DNA of 64,000 nt from an uncultured Pirellulaceae bacterium. Lineage in GTDB: Bacteria; Planctomycetota; Planctomycetia; Pirellulales; Pirellulaceae. The stretch covers positions 1,886-65,885 of the forward strand of contig CAYTPS010000001.1 in NCBI GenBank assembly GCA_964439245.1, read 5' to 3'. Under the pieces are notes generated by a model, which was given only the letters and a program-made list of their open reading frames with translations, searched no databases and was not told the origin of the DNA. Positions 1-11,181 of this stretch are shown here, in pieces. The position numbers and the translations under genes were made by a program. Numbering within the stretch: position 1 is the first letter of the stretch; every line of letters begins with the position of its first letter.

Positions 1-372
1 ACCGACCAGTGGAACCGCAACAATGTGGAAAAAGCTGAAATTCTATGGCCAGAAATAGCTTTGCTAGTGCGCGAGCGGTTGTATCTGCAGCTTCCGTCTT
101 TGTTTCACTTCGCCATTAACAGCCCCGATGATTTATCCAACGAAGAATTTGAAGAACAACTGAACCAGCAACTGGCCGAAGCATGGTTTCAAGCCGCCAA
201 CATCACCGCCGCTCGCGCTCAATTGGCTGCGGACGATTCCCAATCGCCACCAAAACCGGCGACCGCGGCCGATGCCAAAAGATTTTTGAATAAAGCGATC
301 GAATTTGATCCCAGTTACACTGACGCGATGCTACTTGAAATGCCTCTTTCAGGATCGTCGTCGAAAAAATGA
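1..372 (+). CDS. 3' part of a hypothetical protein (5' end lies outside the window)
   Basis: Frame is open from base 1 (ACC GAC CAG TGG...). The stop overlaps the next ATG (ATGA at 369-372), suggesting translational coupling. The helical C-terminus (AKRFLNKAIEFDPSY) is TPR-like. Confidence 0.65.
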   Translation, partial: TDQWNRNNVEKAEILWPEIALLVRERLYLQLPSLFHFAINSPDDLSNEEFEEQLNQQLAEAWFQAANITAARAQLAADDSQSPPKPATAADAKRFLNKAIEFDPSYTDAMLLEMPLSGSSSKK

Positions 373-1547
373 AAACCATCTACCTGGACCACAACTCGAC
401 CACCCCAATTAGTCCTACCGTGGCCAAAAAAATGGCCCAGTGCTATGAAATTGGTTATCTGAATCCGGCCAGCCAACACCGGCTCGGTCAAGAAGCTCGA
501 CAGGTACTGGAGAAACTTCGTACGGAAATCATCGACATGCTTGGCGGAGTCTCCACCGGCATGCGAACCGATCGATTGATTCTCACTAGCGGGGGTACCG
601 AAAGCAATAATTTGGCCATTTCCGGTCTAGCACGTACAGCGCGAGAGAGCGTGGGGGCTTCGAAAATTCTCTTCTCCGCCATCGAGCACCCCAGCGTGAT
701 CGGTGTCGCCCACCATTTGGCGACGATGGGATTTGAGATCGACACGATCGCCGTTGATCCCAACGGCGTTTGCGACTTGGATCTTCTGGCAAAAAAACTT
801 GATACGACAAATGGTGAAAACCAAAATTCAGTAGCTGTTGTATCTATCATGGCTGCCAACAATGAAACTGGCGTCATTCAACCGATTCAATCTGCTGCTT
901 CTATATGTCGAGAGAAAGGTGTCTACTTTCACACCGATGCCGTACAAATGGTTGGTAAGACCGATGTCAACTTCTCGACTCTTGGCGTTGATGCCTTAAC
1001 GTTTACCGCTCATAAGTTTCACGGTCCGCGCGGGGTAGGGGGGTTGCTCGTTAGAAACGGCATCGAATTGACGCCGCTCATTTACGGCGGTTTCCAACAG
1101 ATGGGCACACGTCCCGGAACGGAAGACGTCGCGCTGGCGACAGGCCTGCATCAAGCACTCGTCGAATATCAACTATTCCCTGATCGCGAAGCAACAATCA
1201 AAAAACTGCGCGATCAACTAGAAACTAGTTTACTGTCAATGGTTCCGGGAGCCGTGATCAATGGCCGAGGCGTTCCTCGAATGGCTCACACGATCAATAT
1301 TTCGTTCCCTGGTATCAATCGACAGGCTTTACTGATGGCCGCCGATTTTGCCGGTCTGGCAATCTCTACGGGATCAGCGTGTGCCAGCGGATCAAGTGAT
1401 CCGTCTCACGTGATTATCGCGATGGGAGCGTCTGAGGAAGTTGTGGAGGGGTCGATTCGAATCAGTTTGGGAGCCACCACTTCCCAACAAGAAATTGACG
1501 ATTCTATAACACGATTCCAACTAGTTATTGACAGGATTTCAACATAG
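369..1547 (+). CDS. iscS: Cysteine desulfurase, IscS/NifS family (class V PLP enzyme)
   Basis: Motifs YLDHNSTT, TSGGTESNN, HTDAVQ, TAHKFHGPRG (PLP lysine) and STGSACASG (catalytic Cys). Confidence 0.9.
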   Translation: MKTIYLDHNSTTPISPTVAKKMAQCYEIGYLNPASQHRLGQEARQVLEKLRTEIIDMLGGVSTGMRTDRLILTSGGTESNNLAISGLARTARESVGASKILFSAIEHPSVIGVAHHLATMGFEIDTIAVDPNGVCDLDLLAKKLDTTNGENQNSVAVVSIMAANNETGVIQPIQSAASICREKGVYFHTDAVQMVGKTDVNFSTLGVDALTFTAHKFHGPRGVGGLLVRNGIELTPLIYGGFQQMGTRPGTEDVALATGLHQALVEYQLFPDREATIKKLRDQLETSLLSMVPGAVINGRGVPRMAHTINISFPGINRQALLMAADFAGLAISTGSACASGSSDPSHVIIAMGASEEVVEGSIRISLGATTSQQEIDDSITRFQLVIDRIST

Positions 1548-1710
1548 TTGTGTGGTAGTGAAATCAGTCGATTTCCCCGGGTTAAAATCCTCGTTTTATG
1601 CTGGTTTTTTATTGTCCAATTTGAGCTCCTTGTGCTACTAAAATCGCTCAAAAAACGGTAAGATAGTGGGCCGTAGATAACATACCCATTTTTCCCATCT
1701 GACCGCTTTG

Positions 1711-2985
1711 ATGTCTTTTGTTTCAACCACATCTGATTCGATTTTTACTGTGCCGCTTGAGCATCAGTGGCGAATCGATTTTTCTGGTGCAATGGACGTG
1801 GGCAAGAAGCGCGCGACGGGGCTTGATCAATTCATTGGTGATGATGCCAACCATTTGCTGCGATATGTGACGACTAACGATTTTCTTTCGCAGTTAATTG
1901 AACCCGATCGATCGAGCTCTCCAGTATTGACGCCGATTGTTTTCAGCGGTCCAACAGGCACTGGAAAAACATCACTGGCAATGGCATTGATTTCTAAACT
2001 GATGGTCGCCGTTGAAAATCGATCTGGTGGAAGACTTCTACCATTTTCTGATGCCTCTTTGGGCAAAGTTGAACCTTCGGATCTTGATACAAAACCGGTT
2101 TACCTGACGGGTTCTGAATTTGTCCGTAGATACTACGCGGCGATTGATACTGATACGGTTGACGAATTCCGGCAGTCGATTCTGCAATCAACTGCATTGT
2201 TATTGGACAACGTTCAACAAATCGCCAACAAGATACCGGCTCAACGAGAACTGGAAAGCCTGTTGGATCAAGCGATTAAATTGCATTTACCGGTATTTGT
2301 AATTTGCAACACACCGCCGGCTGCCATCGAGGGTTTTAGTCAGCGATTGGTTTCGCGATTGGCGTCTGGTTTAACCGTTCCCTTTCATCCGCCCGGGGCA
2401 GAAGCTCGATCATGCATCACGCGAAAACTAGCTGAAATTCACCAAGTTCAACTAACCGAAAATGCTTTAGATCAGTTGAACAACCAATTTGAAGTGACTG
2501 TGCCGCGGCTGGAGCATCTGTTTGGTCAAATCAAGCTCAAGCAGCGTATCGCACAAGAAGTCGGAGACGTCCTTTGCAACAACATGATGGACGTCGCGCT
2601 TCTACAGAAAATTTTAGCTCCTCGCGACGAAGATCTTGTAAAAATGATTCGCTTGATTCAAAAGCGGGTTGCAAACAAATATGAGCTGAATCTGAGTGAC
2701 CTGAAAGGTAATTCCCGCAAGCAAACGATCGTGTTGGCCAGAGGTGTCGCAATCTACCTAACGCGTGCTTTATTGGGATGTAGTTTCCTCAAGATCGGCA
2801 ACGCATTCGGTAAGCGAGATCATTCGACGATCCTACATTCGTTCCGAAAAATCGAGTCAGCCTATCAGCTTCGAAAGACCAACCCCGAAGATTTGACTAC
2901 TGAACAGAAGAAAACAAACGGTTTGATTGATTGCCTAAAGCAAGAACTGACTGACCTATTTGCAACTCAAATTGGTATCGATTAG
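1711..2985 (+). CDS. dnaA: Chromosomal replication initiator DnaA, atypical (short N-terminus)
   Basis: Walker A GPTGTGKT, box VII RLVSRL, domain IV signature SFLKIGNAFGKRDHSTILHS; lies directly upstream of dnaN. Start is TTG 1708 or ATG 1711. Confidence 0.88.
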   Translation: MSFVSTTSDSIFTVPLEHQWRIDFSGAMDVGKKRATGLDQFIGDDANHLLRYVTTNDFLSQLIEPDRSSSPVLTPIVFSGPTGTGKTSLAMALISKLMVAVENRSGGRLLPFSDASLGKVEPSDLDTKPVYLTGSEFVRRYYAAIDTDTVDEFRQSILQSTALLLDNVQQIANKIPAQRELESLLDQAIKLHLPVFVICNTPPAAIEGFSQRLVSRLASGLTVPFHPPGAEARSCITRKLAEIHQVQLTENALDQLNNQFEVTVPRLEHLFGQIKLKQRIAQEVGDVLCNNMMDVALLQKILAPRDEDLVKMIRLIQKRVANKYELNLSDLKGNSRKQTIVLARGVAIYLTRALLGCSFLKIGNAFGKRDHSTILHSFRKIESAYQLRKTNPEDLTTEQKKTNGLIDCLKQELTDLFATQIGID

Positions 2986-3276
2986 ACGCAAACTGTACTG
3001 TGGATAACTTGTTTAATGCGTGATCGTTTTTTTAAGACACCGCATGTTCATTAACATCTTTTTCAAATCTCATTATTGCCAACATTTATTTCAACGACTT
3101 TTAAACGTCTAGCACAACAGTTTACTAACCGGTTATCCACAACTTTAACAAGACTGTAAACTCTCTATTGGAGAGCGGTTAACTCTAAAGCCTGCCTGTT
3201 ATGAACAAAAAACGCTGCACATAAATAGTAATACTAAATAAGAAATCTATATATCAATTAGAGAGCGGACCTGAGC
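2986..3276. other. Putative replication origin (oriC) between dnaA and dnaN
   Basis: Perfect DnaA boxes TGTGGATAA (2999-3007) and TTATCCACA (3133-3141), a one-mismatch box TTATGAACA (3199-3207), and an AT-rich tract at 3221-3260 (35 of 40 bases A/T). Confidence 0.75.
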
Positions 3277-4395
3277 GTGAAGATATCCATCCAAAGAGAA
3301 CCATTCTTTAAAGCTTTCCAAGTAGCAGCAGCTGTTGCGCCCGCTAGAAGTCCCAAGACGATTCTGCAAAACGTTAAAGTCGATGCCGTCGACGGTAAAT
3401 GTATTTTGACAGCCACCGATATGGAGGTTGGCATCCGCGTGTTGGTGGACGATGTTAAAGTAGAAACTGCTGGTAGCGCGGTGATTCCTGTGACTAGGTT
3501 GAGCATGATTCTCAGAGAGTCACGAGACGAGACGCTTACGATTGAGGCGACTGCTGACAAGACACTGATTAAGGGCAAAGGCAGCAAGTTTGAACTTCAG
3601 GCTCAAAACCCAGACGAATTTCCGGATGTGGCCGAATTCAATGCTAAGGACTTCTATGAAGTAACCTCAGGCACTTTGAAGGAGCTAACCAAACGGACGC
3701 TCTTCGCCACCGATGCTGAAAGCAGTCGATATGCACTTGGTGGTGTTAAGCTGGAATTTGAAGAGAAAACGGTAACGGCGGTAGGAACCGACGGCCGACG
3801 CCTCGCCAAAATGGAAGGTCCAGTAGAATCGGTTGGAACACCCAGCGACGGTGGCAGCTCAACAATCGTTCCGTCGCGTTCGATGCAACTAATCGACCGT
3901 ATTCTTCCCGACGAGGCTGAGAAGATTCAGATCGCCGCACAGGCTAACGAGCTGTTGGTGCGTGGACCCAATGGGGTATTCTACACTCGACTTGTAGAGG
4001 GAAGGTTTCCCAAGTGGCGAGACGTGATTCCGACACGTGAAGACTCAAATCAGATAGAGATGACCGTAGGACCGATGTACCAAGCGTTACGACAAGCGGC
4101 AATTGTGGCCAGCGACGAAAGCCGAGGTATCGATTTTACTTTTAAAGATGGTTCGTTGATATTGAGCAACACGACTGCTGATGTGGGAGAATCACGAATT
4201 GAAATGCCAGTCGGGTACGATGGAGATGAACTAACCATCACACTGGATCATCGCTACGTGGCGGACTACCTCAAAGTGTTGTCGCCAGAAAAAAGCTTCA
4301 CATTTGACATCAAGGATCACGAGCAAGCGGTTTACTGCTACACGGATGACAATTACGGATACGTCATCATGCCGTTGTCCAAGAATCAGCGGTAG
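3277..4395 (+). CDS. dnaN: DNA polymerase III beta sliding clamp
   Basis: Motifs ATDME, VGTDGRRLA, RLVEGRFP and C-terminal YVIMPL; 372 aa; follows dnaA. Confidence 0.97.
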   Translation: MKISIQREPFFKAFQVAAAVAPARSPKTILQNVKVDAVDGKCILTATDMEVGIRVLVDDVKVETAGSAVIPVTRLSMILRESRDETLTIEATADKTLIKGKGSKFELQAQNPDEFPDVAEFNAKDFYEVTSGTLKELTKRTLFATDAESSRYALGGVKLEFEEKTVTAVGTDGRRLAKMEGPVESVGTPSDGGSSTIVPSRSMQLIDRILPDEAEKIQIAAQANELLVRGPNGVFYTRLVEGRFPKWRDVIPTREDSNQIEMTVGPMYQALRQAAIVASDESRGIDFTFKDGSLILSNTTADVGESRIEMPVGYDGDELTITLDHRYVADYLKVLSPEKSFTFDIKDHEQAVYCYTDDNYGYVIMPLSKNQR

Positions 4396-4455
4396 GAAAG
4401 AAGAGAGTGGTCTGAAGTGATGTTATTAAGGCTACAGAATTTTTGGAGCGATTCA

Positions 4456-7306
<2,851 letters not shown>

Positions 7307-7539
7307 AGGAGTGTTGGACGAGAAGTCGTTTCGATGCTGTCTTACCCATGATAGGCATGCACTAAAAATAGAATTTTTTCAAGTTTTTGCAGTGCAAACT
7401 GACTAGTATGTTATCGGAATCACCCTAGGCGAATCAGATATTTTTTAAAGTATTAAGAGACTTCTCTGGCTAAGATGTATCCTTAATCGTCAGTCACCTT
7501 GTTGTACACCTTTTAACACATCGATATTGGAGACACAGA

Positions 7540-8559
7540 ATGTTGTCTAACCGGTTTACCAAACTTCTCCTTTTGGCACTGAGTGTGACATTTTTGTCAC
7601 TAACGTCGTCGCAGCGTTCGGTGCGAGCTGAAATTATCGATCTTGATCTTTCTGGTATTGTGGTAGCGTTTGAGGAAGGTGACGAAGGACTGACTCTTGC
7701 CAATGCTCAACGCTATGTTGCTGCACTCCGAAGAGGGGAAGCATTTTGGGACGCGCGCGTTCTGGGATACAGTAATACGCTTCCACTAGCTATATCAGGG
7801 CAGTTAAACGGCACCCTTGTGATTTCCGCAACAAACTTGGATATCGGTGGCGGTATTTTGGGCCAAGCTGGCTTTGTAGTGGATGGAACGACAATCGTAG
7901 ATATCGTTCGTGGCGATTCTATTCGCCGCCGCGAGTTAGGCGTAGGAAGATTTGCCATCATGCGGTTGGACAATGATTTTATCAGAAACAACAGTGATGA
8001 TGATATTACAGATGTCGTGATACATGAAATGGGCCATGCGTTGGGGATAGGAACTCTATGGCGGTTCAATGACCTAATTCAACGAGTCGGGCGCGTGGGA
8101 CCAGAGCAATATGTTGGCGTTAATGCTAGACGCGCCTACGCGATAGAAACTGGAGTCGCTGGGCTAGCTAGGACGGGATTCGTGCCATTGGAACAAGCCG
8201 GTGGCGGTGGTACGGCGGGAGCGCATTGGGACGACGATGATCCCTTTTTCAATTCATTCGCAAAAAATAGGCGCGTAGAATTGATGACGGGATTTTTTGT
8301 ACCCAATACTGACCGCTTTATATCACGTACGACGCTCGCGTCCCTAGTAGATCTGCACTACGTCGTTAAGGGGTTCAACGAAGATGAACTGATCCCCTAT
8401 CCTCGCCAGTTAGCGAATCGATTCGATCCTCCTACTCCACTTGATGACGTCGCAGGTTTCGGTAGCAATCCGTTTGGAGCCAACGAAGCCCTCAGAGAAT
8501 CTGGCTCATCAATTAGGTCTTATACGCCGGCTGATATGTACAAAAAGCGTAGAAGATAA
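7540..8559 (+). CDS. Secreted zinc metallopeptidase, leishmanolysin (M8)-like
   Basis: Signal peptide ending VRA; HEMGHALG (HExxH); downstream GGGTAGAHW and ELMTG (Met-turn). Confidence 0.7.
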   Translation: MLSNRFTKLLLLALSVTFLSLTSSQRSVRAEIIDLDLSGIVVAFEEGDEGLTLANAQRYVAALRRGEAFWDARVLGYSNTLPLAISGQLNGTLVISATNLDIGGGILGQAGFVVDGTTIVDIVRGDSIRRRELGVGRFAIMRLDNDFIRNNSDDDITDVVIHEMGHALGIGTLWRFNDLIQRVGRVGPEQYVGVNARRAYAIETGVAGLARTGFVPLEQAGGGGTAGAHWDDDDPFFNSFAKNRRVELMTGFFVPNTDRFISRTTLASLVDLHYVVKGFNEDELIPYPRQLANRFDPPTPLDDVAGFGSNPFGANEALRESGSSIRSYTPADMYKKRRR

Positions 8560-8612
8560 GAGTTGCGAACCACATGTAGGTGGGAGTTTTAGAACACTAG
8601 TGAGAATTCAGG

Positions 8613-10061
8613 ATGAATCAGGAAGTAGCTGACCTCCACCCAACCGAGATCTGGACCTGTTTTGAGGAACTGAACGCTGTACCTCGTCCTTCGAAGAAGG
8701 AAGAGCGTATCATCGCGTTTATGAAAAAGTTTGGCGAGGATCTTGGCCTAGAAACCATCGTCGATCCAGTCGGTAACGTCATCATTCGTAAACCGGCAAC
8801 AGACGGCAAGGAAACAGTTACTCCAGTTGTGCTGCAGGGCCATCTAGACATGGTCCATCAAAAAAACTCAGCAACAGAATTCGATTTCGAGGCACAAGGT
8901 ATCGAGTCATGGATTGATGGTGACTGGGTCAAAGCCAAAGGGACAACGTTGGGGGCCGACAACGGCATCGGTTCGGCGTCGATTATGGCGGTTTTGAAGT
9001 CTGGTTCTATTTCTCACGGTCCGATCGAAGGCCTGTTTACGATCGATGAAGAGACTGGAATGACCGGAGCAATGCATCTTCAGGAAGGATTGCTGCAAGG
9101 AAAAATCTTGCTCAATACGGATACAGAAGACGAGGGCGAACTATGTATTGGTTGTGCTGGCGGCGTCGATTCCACAGCACAATGGAAGTATTCCCAAGAA
9201 GACAATAAACATCCAACCTATCAATTGTCGGTAACAGGTTTGCGTGGTGGCCACTCTGGCTGTGATATTCATCTTGGGCGCGGTAACGCCAACAAGCTAA
9301 TGAATCGAGTCTTGTTTCATCTCACCCAGTTAGCCCCAGTTCGGATCGCGTCGGTGGTAGGTGGCAGTTTGCGAAATGCAATTCCGCGTGAATCGTTTGC
9401 TGTGATCACTTTTGACGAAAACCAAAAAGAAACAGTAGACAAAACGCTTGCGAAGATAACCGCTGAAATTCAAGCCGAACGAAAAACAAGCGAGCCGGGG
9501 TTGAAAATAGAGCTCAAGCCTACTGACATTGTTTCACAGGTAATGACAGCAACGGATCAGACGACGTTTCTTAATTTGGTCTACGCCTCCCCAAATGGCG
9601 TCGATCGGATGAGCGAAGATATCGCGGATTTAGTCGAAACGTCTACCAATCTTTCCAAGATCGAATTGGCCGATGGAGAGGCTTCTTTCCAGTTTCTTAC
9701 TCGTTCCAGCGTTGAAACAGCGCGAGAAGATTTGGCTCAAAGAATTCAAAGCATCTTCGAACTGGCCGGAGGGCAAGTCGAACATAGTGGACGATATCCG
9801 GGCTGGAAACCTAATGCTGAATCAAAAATTCTCCACCAAATGAAAACTGTCTATCAAGATTTGTTTGGCAATCTACCCACCGTCAACGCTGTTCACGCAG
9901 GTTTAGAATGTGGGATTATCGGCAGCCACTATCCGGACATGGATATGATATCTTTTGGTCCAACGATTAAGAATCCTCACTCGCCGGATGAGAAATGCAA
10001 CATCGAATCCGTCGGGCTCTACTGGAAGTATTTGATTGCTGTGCTTGAGTCAATCAAGTAA
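8613..10061 (+). CDS. pepD: Aminoacyl-histidine dipeptidase (peptidase D, M20C)
   Basis: Motifs PRPSKKEE, LQGHLDMV, GTTLGADNGIG, DEETGM, GGHSG, HAGLECG and HSPDE. Confidence 0.93.
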   Translation: MNQEVADLHPTEIWTCFEELNAVPRPSKKEERIIAFMKKFGEDLGLETIVDPVGNVIIRKPATDGKETVTPVVLQGHLDMVHQKNSATEFDFEAQGIESWIDGDWVKAKGTTLGADNGIGSASIMAVLKSGSISHGPIEGLFTIDEETGMTGAMHLQEGLLQGKILLNTDTEDEGELCIGCAGGVDSTAQWKYSQEDNKHPTYQLSVTGLRGGHSGCDIHLGRGNANKLMNRVLFHLTQLAPVRIASVVGGSLRNAIPRESFAVITFDENQKETVDKTLAKITAEIQAERKTSEPGLKIELKPTDIVSQVMTATDQTTFLNLVYASPNGVDRMSEDIADLVETSTNLSKIELADGEASFQFLTRSSVETAREDLAQRIQSIFELAGGQVEHSGRYPGWKPNAESKILHQMKTVYQDLFGNLPTVNAVHAGLECGIIGSHYPDMDMISFGPTIKNPHSPDEKCNIESVGLYWKYLIAVLESIK

Positions 10062-10084
10062 TGTGATTCTCAGCAGCGCAATCT

Positions 10085-10546
10085 TTATGCACCACGCCGA
10101 GCAGGTTGCTCGACCGATAATTCGTCGTCGACGTTATGGCTGCTTAGCGCTTCTTCAGCTGACTGCGGGAGTTGCTGTTGGATGTCAGTCAACAATTGTT
10201 GCAGAGTTTCAACCTCGCTACCACTTAACCGAGCTGATTGCACCATATAGGTTAGCATTGGAATGGGACGACCTTGGAAAACCGTATGCAGCAATTGGTC
10301 ACTAACACGGTCAACACATTCAGCTTCAGTGTACTTTGAGCGATATAGGTAGCGGTTCCCCTTGCGTTGAAAGTCTAGGATGCCTTTTTGAACGAGCCGA
10401 TGCAGTAGTGTCTTAATGGTACCGGCCGACCATTGGGTAGAGTTAGCCAATAGCGAGATAATTTCGCTAGAGGTGACAGGCTCGGATAACCAGACCTCAT
10501 GCATGACTCGCCATTCAGCATCGGAGATAGAGGGAGACTCATTCAT
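10085..10546 (-). CDS. BlaI/MecI/CopY family transcriptional regulator
   Basis: ISDAEWRVMHEVW...WSAGTIKTLLHRLVQKG...GNRYLY winged HTH. ATG 10546 is preferred over 10591. Confidence 0.88.
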   Translation of the reverse strand: MNESPSISDAEWRVMHEVWLSEPVTSSEIISLLANSTQWSAGTIKTLLHRLVQKGILDFQRKGNRYLYRSKYTEAECVDRVSDQLLHTVFQGRPIPMLTYMVQSARLSGSEVETLQQLLTDIQQQLPQSAEEALSSHNVDDELSVEQPARRGA

Positions 10547-10759
10547 GTCTAAAAAATGGAAGGACAAGAATACAGGGACTACGCAATCCATCGTTGATTA
10601 CAGGAAATTTTGCTACCAGTCAAAGGCAGATTTCCTGGTTAGCAACGAAGAGTTTTATCCAGTAAAGATATACTCAACGCAGACTTATCGCACTTTTTTG
10701 CTTGTGGCACGTAATAATGAGTGTCTTAAGCAGTCAAAAACTAATCCCAGGAGCTTCCC

Positions 10760-11080
10760 ATGAAAGCAACAGCACTATCACAAATATTGACACCAAAACA
10801 AATCGTTTTCGCTTTGTTCGTGCTGACCACAGTCTTGATCGGAACATCAAGCGAATCAGATGCTCAACTTTTTCGTCGATCTAGGATAGTCGTAGGTGGT
10901 TTTAATAGCAGCAATCACTGGACACACCAGCCAGTTCAAACAAACAATTATCGAAAGCCAGTACCGGTGACTGGTTACGGTTCGAACCTTCATCGGAATT
11001 TTGTTATTCGCCAACAACAGCAAAGATCTCAAGCCGGCGGTTCACTGATCAACCGTAATAACGTTCTTTGGCGGCGTTAA
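10760..11080 (+). CDS. Small secreted hypothetical protein
   Basis: RBS AGGAG; hydrophobic signal peptide ending SDA-Q; basic, low-complexity mature part. Confidence 0.6.
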   Translation: MKATALSQILTPKQIVFALFVLTTVLIGTSSESDAQLFRRSRIVVGGFNSSNHWTHQPVQTNNYRKPVPVTGYGSNLHRNFVIRQQQQRSQAGGSLINRNNVLWRR

Positions 11081-11096
11081 TTTTGAGGCTAGGCTG

Positions 11097-11129
11097 AAAA
11101 AAAGGCCGCACTGAACTGTGCGGCCCTTT
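11097..11129. terminator. Intrinsic terminator between convergent genes
   Basis: Stem GGCCGCAC/GTGCGGCC with an A7 tract on the left (U-tract for the minus-strand gene) and CTTT on the right. Confidence 0.7.
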
Positions 11130-11181
11130 GTCTATTTAGCGTTAGTGCTAGTCAGAGATTTCTTAGACTAGCTAGAACCAA

